Shown here one piece after another: positions 10,787-20,986 of a DNA stretch of 64,000 nt (positions are counted from its first letter, which is position 1; every line of letters starts with the position of its first letter). Position numbers and translations under genes: made by a program. The DNA lies in IMG/VR virus record IMGVR_UViG_3300004463_000226, positions 1 to 64,000 of that record. One strand, written 5' to 3'. The notes below the pieces were generated by a model. That model worked only from the letters and a program-made list of their open reading frames with translations, did no database searches and was not told where the DNA came from.

Positions 10787-11164
10787 ATGCCTCAATTAAA
10801 ATTTGTAAGAAACCTTAAAACAAATAATGCAAACATGTTTGACTTATTGGTGTCATTCGTATTCAGACGGGTAAACTTAGATATTTATCGTCCGCAGAAT
10901 ACTTACTATGAGAATAATACAATTATTATGCTTAATGCTACAACAGGTAAGTTTGAAGTTAAGCGTTGTATCGCTACATCTACAACAGGAGCATATAATG
11001 CAGCTGACTGGGTTACTGATAGCGTACAGGAATCAGCAAACAGTCAATTCATTGATACGTATACACAGTTATCAACAACTCAACCGTCCAATACATTAAA
11101 CCGTATTTGGTTACATCAAGTTAAAACACGGGGTCAAATTGATCCTGACACATTCTTATCATAA
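10787..11164 (+). CDS. Hypothetical tail-associated protein
   Basis: ORF with GGTGG RBS before MPQLKF; operonic. Confidence 0.5.
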   Translation: MPQLKFVRNLKTNNANMFDLLVSFVFRRVNLDIYRPQNTYYENNTIIMLNATTGKFEVKRCIATSTTGAYNAADWVTDSVQESANSQFIDTYTQLSTTQPSNTLNRIWLHQVKTRGQIDPDTFLS

Positions 11165-11177
11165 GGGGTGATAAATC

Positions 11178-11513
11178 ATGGCAATGACTAATACATTTGC
11201 TACGTTTATACGACAACGTCAAGAAGATGGTAGTTATATCATAGTATATCCTATCAATACTTCAGATGAAGTTTATGTGGATATAAATGCAAAACTGACT
11301 TTGACTTCTAAGATAAATACTATGGATGCGGCATTGACAAGTTCAAGAGCATCAATCATAGAAGATATGTTGTCTATGTTAGCAGCTATCTCACCTATGA
11401 TTAAAACTCCATTATTACTAAATCATGCATATGTAGATGATTTTAGTAATGAATCTAGTACGTCTATCAACGTTACTAAAGGAATAAGAATTCCTGGTAA
11501 AATTATTATATAA
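11178..11513 (+). CDS. Hypothetical tail-associated protein
   Basis: IVYPINTSDEV resembles fibre N-terminal P.T..D.V motifs; RBS present. Confidence 0.45.
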   Translation: MAMTNTFATFIRQRQEDGSYIIVYPINTSDEVYVDINAKLTLTSKINTMDAALTSSRASIIEDMLSMLAAISPMIKTPLLLNHAYVDDFSNESSTSINVTKGIRIPGKIII

Positions 11514-11528
11514 AAGGGGGTTGATTAC

Positions 11529-12212
11529 ATGCCTAAGGTTATTCATAATAATCCCCTGATTAACCGTTCAGGGACATCTGCTAGACAGGTTTTATTTCAA
11601 CTTAACTTTAATGCATATGATGCAGTTTCTGCATCTGGTACTATAACTTTTAAAGTGTCAGCTAATGAAGACTTTTCAGGCTCTTCAACAGTTACACCAA
11701 CAACATTCTATTACAGAACTACATCGAATGGAACATGGACTTCTGTTGCTGGTAACACTGTGACACTGGCTCAACAAGCATATTATTTAAGGGCTGATTT
11801 AACTGCGTTAGCGTCTGAAACAAAGCAGTATGTAAAAGTTATCTTTACTGTGGGTGGAGTAGCATATGAATCTTCGGCTATTCTATTTACTAACTTAACA
11901 GAAATAGAGTTTAACATGCAGAATCCTATTGTTACAGGAACTGTTAAACCTACTAAAGTTAAGGTAATGGATAGCATCAAGGCAACATATTCATCACCTT
12001 ATACAATTAAGGTAGAAGTATGTAACAATGCTAATGATGCAAGTCCAACATGGGAAAACGCTACAACTAAATATCTTGATGGTGATTTCTATGACTTCAC
12101 AAATAATACAAAAACAGCTTCTAACTGGGCTATTGGAGTTAAGTATTATATTAAAAAAAATAATGCTGCCGATAGCATAGAAATAACAGATTTATACATT
12201 GCATTTTTTTGA
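11529..12212 (+). CDS. Tail-associated beta-sandwich protein
   Basis: C-terminal VEVCNNANDASPTWE...FTNNTKTASNWAIGV motif seen in Firmicutes phage tail proteins; followed by a hairpin at 12219-12241 and a T-run. Confidence 0.55.
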   Translation: MPKVIHNNPLINRSGTSARQVLFQLNFNAYDAVSASGTITFKVSANEDFSGSSTVTPTTFYYRTTSNGTWTSVAGNTVTLAQQAYYLRADLTALASETKQYVKVIFTVGGVAYESSAILFTNLTEIEFNMQNPIVTGTVKPTKVKVMDSIKATYSSPYTIKVEVCNNANDASPTWENATTKYLDGDFYDFTNNTKTASNWAIGVKYYIKKNNAADSIEITDLYIAFF

Positions 12213-12296
12213 TATACTGGGTGGGATTTTATATCCCACCCTATTTTTATTGTCAACAGTATAGTAATTAAATTATAAAGGAGGAGAGAGATTGAC

Positions 12297-13355
12297 ATGT
12301 TGGGGAAACTAAAAGACAACATCAGGAACTGCCCCATGTATACTATTCCTTTAGTGATCTTCATATTACTATTGACAGCCGTAATAAATATTTACATCAC
12401 AAAGACAAATAGTGATCAATTAGATAACTATAAGGATACTGTACGGGAGCAACATTCGGAGGAAGAATGGAATCAAATATCCTCCATTATCAATCTGTCA
12501 TTTGTCGCATCTAAGCAGAATTCCAAGTTTTTAGCACAAAAAGTCGAGGTAGGATTACTCAAAGAGTATAAAGACATCGAAGTACTTCAACAAGAATTTG
12601 AGCAGGATATGTTCAGCATCAGATTCTATGATGTACTTAAGAAAAACCTTCTTTTACAGAATAGCTCAGCAAGTTCCCTATATCCAGTACCTTATAATAC
12701 AATGGTTGGTATGGAATCAGGAATCATTGGTCTATTCTCTAATGAAGCCACAACTAAGATTAAATATCCCCTAGATGAAGACCGTGTAAGCTGGGAAAGC
12801 TACATTGTTAGAAACCCTAACCCTCAGTTAGCTAAAGCTGCTGTGAAAGCGATTAAACAACGTGAAGATAGTCTAATCTTCGTCCAAAGTGAAGCAACTG
12901 AGGACGGACAATTGGAAAAAAATGGATTATTGACTATCAACACTTTGAAGAGGGCTTATTTAAAGTATGGAGTTGAAGGACTCGCATACTATAGTTTATT
13001 GTCACCGTCATACATTACAGAAAATGGTGATATTTTTAACACGGATGACAGGACATTCATGAAGCAAAACCCTAACTATAAGTTAATTTTAGTTCAAACT
13101 ATTTCACTAGCCGATGTATTGAGTAAGTATGAGAATACTATTCTTACTAGTGAAAAAAATTCAGAGTATAATAATGATTTCTTAACCGAGTTTGATCGGT
13201 TTAAGAACATTCAATCAATTATATGGTCATTCCTACTATTCGTAATATGTATAGCATTAATTAATATCTACAATACAGGCGAATATATAGGAAGAAAAAC
13301 TGATGAAGAACATCTCAAAACAGAAGGTGATGATATCAGACAAAAAAAAGAGTGA
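12297..13355 (+). CDS. Membrane protein with two TM helices flanking a large extracytoplasmic domain
   Basis: Hydrophobic segments IPLVIFILLLTAVINIYI and IIWSFLLFVICIALINIY; late-type promoter and GGAGG RBS. Confidence 0.7.
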   Translation: MLGKLKDNIRNCPMYTIPLVIFILLLTAVINIYITKTNSDQLDNYKDTVREQHSEEEWNQISSIINLSFVASKQNSKFLAQKVEVGLLKEYKDIEVLQQEFEQDMFSIRFYDVLKKNLLLQNSSASSLYPVPYNTMVGMESGIIGLFSNEATTKIKYPLDEDRVSWESYIVRNPNPQLAKAAVKAIKQREDSLIFVQSEATEDGQLEKNGLLTINTLKRAYLKYGVEGLAYYSLLSPSYITENGDIFNTDDRTFMKQNPNYKLILVQTISLADVLSKYENTILTSEKNSEYNNDFLTEFDRFKNIQSIIWSFLLFVICIALINIYNTGEYIGRKTDEEHLKTEGDDIRQKKE

Positions 13356-13373
13356 GGGAGGACAGTTGAACCC

Positions 13374-13868
13374 ATGTTGCCGCTAATGCAAGTTACGTCA
13401 GAAATGACCTTGAGTTTATTAATTTATCTTACTATAGGCACCCTACCGTTAACCTACTCAGCATTGTCAGATATGGCGATAACTTTCTTATTCTATTTCA
13501 TTATCGGTTCTTTTGGAGCATTCTTAAAGGACTTATATGAAACTATGACTAAGAAGAATGAAAGGATACGGTTGGGTGAAGTAATAATCGGTGGAGCATG
13601 TTCAACGTTTATTTGTTATGGTCTTCAAGACACATGGTTAGAGGGGTTGAGTATTAACCTCATTGTCCTCATTACGTTCATTTGCGGTATTTTAGGTTTT
13701 GAGCTTTTCGGCAACTTGACTACCATGACTAGACTTAAGCGAACCATAAATGCTGCTATCGAACTTAAAAAAATGCATGTAACATACAATGACCCAAATA
13801 GAGTAGCAAATGATGATGAACAAAAAAAGCCAGCAAGGCGTACAAGAAAAAAAACAGAAGAAGAATGA
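13374..13868 (+). CDS. Multi-TM holin-like membrane protein
   Basis: Three to four TM segments and a basic/charged C-terminal tail, at the end of the late module. Confidence 0.5.
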   Translation: MLPLMQVTSEMTLSLLIYLTIGTLPLTYSALSDMAITFLFYFIIGSFGAFLKDLYETMTKKNERIRLGEVIIGGACSTFICYGLQDTWLEGLSINLIVLITFICGILGFELFGNLTTMTRLKRTINAAIELKKMHVTYNDPNRVANDDEQKKPARRTRKKTEEE

Positions 13869-13887
13869 GTATGGTTTCCATACTCAT
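13865..13887. terminator. Bidirectional terminator between convergent genes
   Basis: ATGAGTATGG-TTT-CCATACTCAT flanked by A-rich and T-rich runs. Confidence 0.7.
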
Positions 13888-16028
13888 CCTTTTTTGCTTC
13901 GTAAACTTATCTTTGGTATACCTCTAAATTTATAGTTTCTTATAGCTTCATTCATGAAATGCTCATGTACATTGAAGTCGTTTCTTTTCTGTAGTATCTC
14001 ATAGTTACCTTTCAAATTCATCACATATGTATTTACTGAATCATTGAAATAGTTCTTTAAGATATCGAAAAGTTTATTAACAACTTCACTATCTGCAACA
14101 GGAACCATAATCTCAACCCGTCTATCTAAGTTTCTAGTCAGTAAGTCTGCACTAGAAATATAAATATTCGGATCTCCATTATTGTAGAAATAATATATCC
14201 TACTATGCTCTAAATATCTACCTATTATACTTCTTATTCTTATATTTTTATTAATAGGTTTCATAGAGCAAATTCCTCTGACAATAATATTAATCTGAAC
14301 ACCTCTTTCAGATGCTATATATAACTTCCGTATAATTCCCATATCTGATAAGGAATTGAGCTTTAATGTAATTGCTCCTTTCTTTCCTTTCTCAACATTA
14401 TTAATCTCTCGATCAATTAAATCATACAGTTTAGTACGAATGTTATAAGGAGAATAACAAACCTTAGATATTTCATCTCTAGGATCAGAGTAACCTGATA
14501 AGATATTAAAGATTGTAATAATATCTTCTCCAATTTTATTATTGGATGTAAAGAATGATAAGTCTGTATAAATACGTGCAGTCTTATCATTGTAGTTACC
14601 TGTTCCTACATGACAATATATTTTGAGTCCTGATTTCTTCTTAGATCTTCGTACAACAGCAATGAATTTACAGTGGGTTTTTAGCTCCTCTAATCCATAA
14701 ATTATTTTACATCCTGCTAGACGAAGTTTCTCAACTAGAGATATATTTCTATCTTCATCGAATCTAGCTTTAATCTCTAATAGAACATTTACCTGTTTTC
14801 CTTTTCTTGCTGCATTACATAAAGCCTCAACAATTGGAGAATCAGATGATGATACACGATATAGTGTCTGCTTGATAGCTAATACATCTTTATCTTGTGC
14901 AGCATGTTCTAGAAACTTTACTACAGGTTCAAATGATTCATATGGATGATGTAACAGAATATCGTTGTTATCAATAGCTGTAAACATATCATGCTCACCC
15001 ATAAGTTCTTCTGGATACTGTGGTTCAAATGATTCATATTCATATAAACCACTACGAATTGGCATACCTGATAAGAAAGATAAATCGACAATTGTACTTA
15101 CCTTATAAACATTTTTCTTATTCATGTCAAACATCTTTACTAACAACTTCAATAGTTGCTTTGGAATATCTGCACTAATATCCATGAAGATAGGATTACT
15201 ATTTTCACGTCGTTTTAAAGTCTGTCTCATACGGTCAATGATATATACATCCTTATTTGGATCTAATTCTATATCAGCTTCACGTACGATTCTCATACAA
15301 CCTCGATATATTATTTCTTTATTAATAAACACTCTATGGAGATTATTGAATATTATCTCCTCCAACAGAATATACTTTCTCTCCTCACTATCTTCTGATT
15401 CAATCTCATAAATTCTGTCTATACCTATATCTATAGGTATAATAGACACAACATTGTGATTTGGATTTCTCTTATCTTCTATACCAGCAATTATACTTAA
15501 CTGCTTAGAATGAATTAAGGGAAAATCCTTTGTAGTATCAAAAGTGATTGGAGTTATTAATGGATAAATTTGTCTAGTGAATAGCTTATCAACCTGAGAT
15601 TGTTCCTTCACTGTTAAGTCATGATACTTACATATAGAGATATTATTTTTCTCTAGTTTCTTTCGTATCTTGACATAACATTCTTCTTGGAGATATTTGA
15701 ATTTAACTATCTCCTTGAATAGTGCAGTATACTCATCCTCAGGTGTTAGACCAGAAATATCCATTACATAGCTTTCGTCGTATAACTTCTTTAACACAGA
15801 TGCAAATCGAACCATAATGAATTCATCAAGATTTGAGGCTGTAATTCCTAAGAATTTTAAACGCTCAAGTAACGGAACTTCATCTCTTATTGCTTGATGA
15901 AGAACACGTTTGTTGAATTCCATCCAACTCAATTCCCTATTGATATAGAAGTCTGGGTTGTTATAAATCGAGTTAAGCTCGTTTCGTTCTAAGTTGTATA
16001 TGTCTGCGATGTTCAATGTAGTATTCAT
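13884..16028 (-). CDS. ppk1: Polyphosphate kinase 1
   Basis: NRELSWMEFNKRVL, SNLDEF, HHPYESF, IKQTLYR, EIKARFDE, KTHCK (phospho-His), HVGTGNYN, GRYLEHSRIY and SADLLTRNLDRRVE are all present. Likely start 16028. Confidence 0.96.
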   Translation of the reverse strand: MNTTLNIADIYNLERNELNSIYNNPDFYINRELSWMEFNKRVLHQAIRDEVPLLERLKFLGITASNLDEFIMVRFASVLKKLYDESYVMDISGLTPEDEYTALFKEIVKFKYLQEECYVKIRKKLEKNNISICKYHDLTVKEQSQVDKLFTRQIYPLITPITFDTTKDFPLIHSKQLSIIAGIEDKRNPNHNVVSIIPIDIGIDRIYEIESEDSEERKYILLEEIIFNNLHRVFINKEIIYRGCMRIVREADIELDPNKDVYIIDRMRQTLKRRENSNPIFMDISADIPKQLLKLLVKMFDMNKKNVYKVSTIVDLSFLSGMPIRSGLYEYESFEPQYPEELMGEHDMFTAIDNNDILLHHPYESFEPVVKFLEHAAQDKDVLAIKQTLYRVSSSDSPIVEALCNAARKGKQVNVLLEIKARFDEDRNISLVEKLRLAGCKIIYGLEELKTHCKFIAVVRRSKKKSGLKIYCHVGTGNYNDKTARIYTDLSFFTSNNKIGEDIITIFNILSGYSDPRDEISKVCYSPYNIRTKLYDLIDREINNVEKGKKGAITLKLNSLSDMGIIRKLYIASERGVQINIIVRGICSMKPINKNIRIRSIIGRYLEHSRIYYFYNNGDPNIYISSADLLTRNLDRRVEIMVPVADSEVVNKLFDILKNYFNDSVNTYVMNLKGNYEILQKRNDFNVHEHFMNEAIRNYKFRGIPKISLRSKKG

Positions 16029-16163
16029 CTTGAACCCCCATATGAATTTATTCACTGTTATAATATATAAATAAAAAGGTCATTCCTATGTTGAATACCC
16101 CTTCTAACTAAATGTTATATGATGAATAAAAAGACATGTAATGGGAGTTGCCCATTACATGCA

Positions 16164-17456
16164 TTATTTTTCTTCTTCAAAATCCAACAAGTCTGATACC
16201 AATGTATTGATATACAGCATATTGACATAAATAACCATACGATATGTGGATGTGGTATTAATTACTTTTGTTGTCAATATAAAATTCTCATAATCTACAG
16301 AATACTGATCTAATTGCTCAGATAACTGCTCATTATCTTTATATACGAAAACACGAACAGCCATATCATATGGTAATCCTTTTTCTTTCTGATACGCAAG
16401 AGTTTTCTGTAGAGATTTATTTAACAACGGAGTAAAATCCAATTCATCAGGACCGTTGAATGTTTCAACCTTATAAAAAGGAGATGAATACATAACCCAT
16501 CCAGGAGGAGTTTCTTGAGTAAATAAATCTACAAGTGTATATGTGGGCTTTACTGTACTAGCATCTTCATATGTTAGATTAACATCTGTCTCAAAAGATA
16601 CCTTTTCAAAAACTGAAGGTTCTGACGCAAATAAGAAGTATAACCCTGCTGTAGTAAACTCAGTTTCAATTGTAAAACTAATTGAATATACATCATCAAC
16701 AAAACCCTTCTTAGAACCATCATCTATAGATAGATTAGTAACAACAGCATCTATCTGTGTTGGATAGTATCTAAAGAATTCATCTGTACCTGATGAGTTT
16801 CTTAGTTTATACGTTATTGGATAAATTGATACTCCGTTTAGATAATCAATAAAATCTTTAGTATTATTGATATCTATCTCTGCTACCTTGGCTACAAGAT
16901 CCATTATTGTCTTAGGAACATTACTCTCTAGTGCTGTATTTATGAAGAAAGGTACATCCTGACGAAGCATATTTTTGAAATACAGTGCTCTATTGAATTG
17001 CTCCATTTGGGACTCTACGATAATAGTTACATCAAAATTCATCTTTATCCTGTTCATTAGGTAATCCATATGAATACCTTTAACAGGATCTTTTATGAAT
17101 GGTTGTAAGTTACCTGCGTCCCTAGTGTGAAAATTATCTGACATATGAGTTGTCAGATATGTCTTGCTCAAAAATGTATCGTCATTATTAAGATCTAATC
17201 TCGGACGCACAATCAACATAGGTTTATTCTTTTTGATAAACTCTTTATTAGTATTATCAAAAATATTAAAGTGACGATATGCTATTGTCGATGCAATATT
17301 GACAGTCTTAAAGTAATTAGAAGGAAATAGCCTCTTTAAATACTCTGTGATAAAAGCTGTCACATTACCATACGTATGTGCTTGTGATGATGGCATCGAG
17401 ATATAGTCATAATCAGGAATACTATTCTCTAAATCAAACATTATATACACCTCCAC
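16164..17456 (-). CDS. Conserved jumbo-phage structural protein (putative)
   Basis: 430 aa; late-type promoter at about 17468 and GGAGG RBS; probable start 17441. Confidence 0.5.
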   Translation of the reverse strand: MEVYIMFDLENSIPDYDYISMPSSQAHTYGNVTAFITEYLKRLFPSNYFKTVNIASTIAYRHFNIFDNTNKEFIKKNKPMLIVRPRLDLNNDDTFLSKTYLTTHMSDNFHTRDAGNLQPFIKDPVKGIHMDYLMNRIKMNFDVTIIVESQMEQFNRALYFKNMLRQDVPFFINTALESNVPKTIMDLVAKVAEIDINNTKDFIDYLNGVSIYPITYKLRNSSGTDEFFRYYPTQIDAVVTNLSIDDGSKKGFVDDVYSISFTIETEFTTAGLYFLFASEPSVFEKVSFETDVNLTYEDASTVKPTYTLVDLFTQETPPGWVMYSSPFYKVETFNGPDELDFTPLLNKSLQKTLAYQKEKGLPYDMAVRVFVYKDNEQLSEQLDQYSVDYENFILTTKVINTTSTYRMVIYVNMLYINTLVSDLLDFEEEK

Positions 17457-17518
17457 GTTAAATACTTATATACTTGTTTTTACAAAAAAAGAAGAGGTAT
17501 AACCTCTTCTCCTTATTC

Positions 17519-18016
17519 TTATAGATCTAGATTAATATACATAGGACCTTCTTCTTCCTCGTCCTCTTCAGACTCTTCGTCTATGTCGTCATCCTGATCA
17601 TCAAGAAATTGCATATATTCATCGTAACGATTTTCAATTGGATTATCTGTTTCTTCCCTAAGTCTGTCTTCAGCCTGACAAGCTTCGAGAATCTTACCCA
17701 CATCAAATTGATCAGTTACGTCATCACTAACATAAAAATCTTCATCTGATAATGCTAACACATGATATTCTCCATCATAAAAATCAAGTTTAAATTCATC
17801 AGTTGACCATTCAGCATCATCAATAAATATATCCTCTTTAGTTCTAAAGCAATACTCAGTCTCAGGTACAGTAGCTCCTTCAATTTTCCAATATACTTCT
17901 GCTATTTCAGTAATACAAACTGGCAGAGTAGCTCTCTTTTCAGCTTCCTCTAGTGTTAGGTCATGTTCTTCCATTAACCATTTAACTCTAGTAAGCGGCT
18001 CATATTTATATGTCAT
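17519..18016 (-). CDS. Highly acidic hypothetical protein
   Basis: D/E-rich throughout, with a DDQDDDIDEESEEDEEEE tail; AAGGAG RBS. Confidence 0.7.
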   Translation of the reverse strand: MTYKYEPLTRVKWLMEEHDLTLEEAEKRATLPVCITEIAEVYWKIEGATVPETEYCFRTKEDIFIDDAEWSTDEFKLDFYDGEYHVLALSDEDFYVSDDVTDQFDVGKILEACQAEDRLREETDNPIENRYDEYMQFLDDQDDDIDEESEEDEEEEGPMYINLDL

Positions 18017-18089
18017 TATATTTTTCTCCTTTATAATAAAATAATAATGGATAATATAACCACTAGGCTATATTATCCATTTTTTATAC

Positions 18090-18311
18090 TTAACTGTATT
18101 GTAGAGTCTCTAAACTTGAAACTCCGATTGTGCTTAACTTAGATGTATCTATAACAACCCCATCATAATAATATCCTCCTGGTGGAATCTGGCTGTTATA
18201 GTTACGATATACATAATCTGCTAAGATAGCTGTCGCCATGTCAGCATCATGTGCTTCAATTCTAACTGTTTCCACAGGATCTTTTAATAACGAAATAACT
18301 CCAATAAACAT
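18090..18311 (-). CDS. Hypothetical protein
   Basis: ORF with GGGG RBS, followed by a hairpin near 18047-18081. Confidence 0.55.
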   Translation of the reverse strand: MFIGVISLLKDPVETVRIEAHDADMATAILADYVYRNYNSQIPPGGYYYDGVVIDTSKLSTIGVSSLETLQYS

Positions 18312-18335
18312 TCTTATTATCTTCCCCTTTATGTA

Positions 18336-18788
18336 TCAGAGCGGTTTAATTTCAGCGCCATATTTTTCAAATACATCTTTAACACCTTCAATGGAAATAA
18401 GCTCTTTGAAAAATGCTGCTGCCTTTTCATACATGTCTTCAGTAGGAGTTCCCATTGCAATTGGTAAACTAAACTGTGTATCCATTGCATGAATAACTAA
18501 TCTAGGAGCATTTATTTTAAGTCCTGTATCAGTACTTAATCTAAGATCTCCTTCTGTAGTAAAATTAACCGAAGTAATTTTACCAACCATAGGCGGCTCA
18601 TATTGAGCGTTGATATTATTCATCTTTCTAATGTCATTAATTGCAGCCAACACCTCGCCATAATTTCTAGCTTGATGGATTAAGATAAATTCAGTAAGAT
18701 TAAGTTTACGTTTTAAAACAGCTGCCATATGTGTAGCAGCAGATTCTTTGTCCATTCTTAATGATTGATCTTTATTAATTGATTCCAT
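18336..18788 (-). CDS. Hypothetical protein, paralog of 18811-19038
   Basis: N-terminal ~65 aa align with the upstream neighbour. Confidence 0.65.
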   Translation of the reverse strand: MESINKDQSLRMDKESAATHMAAVLKRKLNLTEFILIHQARNYGEVLAAINDIRKMNNINAQYEPPMVGKITSVNFTTEGDLRLSTDTGLKINAPRLVIHAMDTQFSLPIAMGTPTEDMYEKAAAFFKELISIEGVKDVFEKYGAEIKPL

Positions 18789-18810
18789 GGTTTCTCTCCC
18801 CCTGATTATT

Positions 18811-19038
18811 TTATTTGATTAATCCATTGTGTTTTGGTAGCTCAAATTGCGGCTCAACTGAATTCAATTCCATAATTTTATTAACTGCTAAACCAACCTC
18901 ATAATGTGACGCTGCTTGGTTTATGGTATTTAATTCACTGAGATTAATAGAGCGTTCCAGAATTTTTTCCACATGAGTACGAGCATCTTCCTTAGCTTGT
19001 TGCAAAGTCTTGGATTGTGTATTGTTAATATTTTCCAT
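18811..19038 (-). CDS. Hypothetical protein, paralog of 18336-18788
   Basis: GGAGG RBS; ME.IN..QS...KE.A.TH...L.R..NL.E...I.QA pattern shared with the neighbour. Confidence 0.65.
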   Translation of the reverse strand: MENINNTQSKTLQQAKEDARTHVEKILERSINLSELNTINQAASHYEVGLAVNKIMELNSVEPQFELPKHNGLIK

Positions 19039-19111
19039 TATAGTTCCCTCCCAATAAATGTTGGTGTTTTGGTATATGAAATGCTCCTGAAGAACTCAGG
19101 AGCATTCCTTT

Positions 19112-20527
19112 TTAGATGTTGTTAAACTCATATAATCCAATCATCTGGTCTTTCAATAAGTTGAAGTCATCATTGAACAAACCATCATTACGTGATACAT
19201 ACATATTCTTTCTTGGATTATATGTCTTATCATATGCTTTGGCTTGCTTCTTAGTCTTCAACGAGATGATATTAAGGATATCGCCGTCAAAGTCAGCATT
19301 CAATACTCGCAAGATTTGAATAGGTAATGACATCGTATAGTTGTCATCATATTCTCTTGGAATATCTACAATCTTCATTAGCAACATTGAACCATAGTTG
19401 ATGGTAGGATTTCGGTTAATCATTATCTTTGGTTTACGTTTCTTAACCAGATAAGCCATGATTTCATATATCTTAGCATCAAACTTGATTGTTGCTTTGT
19501 ACCAATCTTCATGAGCATTATTATGAGTAGTATTATTCATCTTAGCTAGATGAGCAATAATCTCATACTTATACAATTCCAGAAATGCCAGATATCCTAA
19601 GCGTACTTCATCTGCTCTTAGATACGGATCTGGAATTATTACGTTACGTGCTGAGAAGTTTATTCGACCACCTAGGATTTGGTCTTTAATATGACCATCC
19701 TTTTGGTTTATTTGTGAGAATATCAATTGCCATAAATCATTGACATTCTTCTGAATAGCTGACAAGATTGTTGGTTCATCCATTCTAGCACGTTTACTTC
19801 TAGGTCTGGCTTCAATCCTATTCTTTGTATTCAGTAACTGACTATCAGAGAAGATAACATTATACTTTCTATCAATGTTATTGAAGAAGAATGTTTCTCC
19901 TCTGAATGATACTGGACGAAGAACTGATGAGTATACAGGTATACAAGATGCGAATACTTTATCGCGATCTTTTCGTACATCTGTAATCAACTCATGCTTA
20001 TTCTTTTTCTTCTGCCAATAGTAATCAAGGATTTCATCGAATCGTTCCTTAAACTCAATCAAACCTATACCACGGAATGGATTTGATTTACTGGACTTAT
20101 CTTTGATATGCCCATCACGAGTCATTTCTTTCTCGATTTCGATGATTTCAATAAATTGCTTATCGCCAATGATCGACTTAAGCATTCTGTAAAACTGAGG
20201 CTGGATAATGAAGTGGTTATGTAACCTGATCCAGCCAAATATTCTCAAGTCAACATCACGGAACTTTACTTCAGTGTTACATACGGAACACACTTCTCCT
20301 TCATAAACACGACCTTTGAGTTCTTTACATTTACAAGCATATCTCTCAGCAAATGCATCTTCATCTTCCCAGTCAGTAGCAAATAAAGGAGAATGTATAC
20401 CATACATGGCTTTTTCTTCCTTAGCTTTAAAAGCTTTTTCTTTTACTTCAAAGCCTCTCCCTGTAATAATATCTTTCCTATATTCCTCATCCCAGTTAAG
20501 TTTCTCTAAATATACTTCTCTCCCCAA
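19112..20527 (-). CDS. Phage multisubunit RNA polymerase beta' N-terminal part (catalytic), probably non-virion RNAP
   Basis: Zn-binding CKC...CSVC, FGWIRL, GGRINFSARNVI.PDP, INRNPT and NADFDGD catalytic motif; lies downstream of an early-type motif at 20977. Confidence 0.93.
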   Translation of the reverse strand: MGREVYLEKLNWDEEYRKDIITGRGFEVKEKAFKAKEEKAMYGIHSPLFATDWEDEDAFAERYACKCKELKGRVYEGEVCSVCNTEVKFRDVDLRIFGWIRLHNHFIIQPQFYRMLKSIIGDKQFIEIIEIEKEMTRDGHIKDKSSKSNPFRGIGLIEFKERFDEILDYYWQKKKNKHELITDVRKDRDKVFASCIPVYSSVLRPVSFRGETFFFNNIDRKYNVIFSDSQLLNTKNRIEARPRSKRARMDEPTILSAIQKNVNDLWQLIFSQINQKDGHIKDQILGGRINFSARNVIIPDPYLRADEVRLGYLAFLELYKYEIIAHLAKMNNTTHNNAHEDWYKATIKFDAKIYEIMAYLVKKRKPKIMINRNPTINYGSMLLMKIVDIPREYDDNYTMSLPIQILRVLNADFDGDILNIISLKTKKQAKAYDKTYNPRKNMYVSRNDGLFNDDFNLLKDQMIGLYEFNNI

Positions 20528-20542
20528 AATGACTTCCTCCTA

Positions 20543-20887
20543 TTAGAAATCTTTTCTAACAAAATCTGTTAGAGAAATAATATCTCTTTTGCCAACCTCG
20601 TCTATTTTATCTTCGATAGTGACGTCATTATCATCAAAATCAAGTGCTCGAATATCCTTGGCAGTAATCTCGCCATCAGTATAATCGTCAATGAGCTGAA
20701 GGATTCTCTGTAATTGTAATTCAGCTTCATCCATATCATCACAATTATTCATGATATTAACAATGCTATCACGAATGATTGCTAGGAAAGCATGGCTTCC
20801 TTTTATATGTGTTTTCTCTGCTTCCTTGAGCCCTCGAAGGTATTCCTTTCTCATATCGGCTCTAATTGCTGATTCACTCTTTGCCAT
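20543..20887 (-). CDS. Hypothetical protein co-transcribed with RNAP beta'-N
   Basis: GGAGG RBS before MAKSES (20887); the longer ORF-track start at 20956 has no RBS. Confidence 0.6.
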   Translation of the reverse strand: MAKSESAIRADMRKEYLRGLKEAEKTHIKGSHAFLAIIRDSIVNIMNNCDDMDEAELQLQRILQLIDDYTDGEITAKDIRALDFDDNDVTIEDKIDEVGKRDIISLTDFVRKDF

Positions 20888-20976
20888 AATACAACCTCCA
20901 TTAAATTTTTTTGTATTTCTTCCTATATATAGGTTGGTGAACAAATACTTTTTCATTAATATTCATCCACGTAAAT

Positions 20977-20986
20977 ATAATATATA
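20977..20986 (-). promoter_or_regulatory. Early-type phage promoter motif TATATATTAT (representative of 13 copies)
   Basis: Exact 10-mer upstream of, and co-oriented with, genes at 16060, 20977, 22358, 28385, 34919, 41364, 46245, 48493, 49463, 51570, 55303, 62026 (all -) and 63331 (+). Resembles phiKZ/AR9-type TATATTA(C/T) early promoters. Confidence 0.8.

Noticed and set aside
19112-20527. Bacterial rpoC/rpoB, i.e. host chromosome origin
   Set aside because: The subunits are split, highly diverged, scattered among phage genes and not in an rpoBC/ribosomal protein operon.
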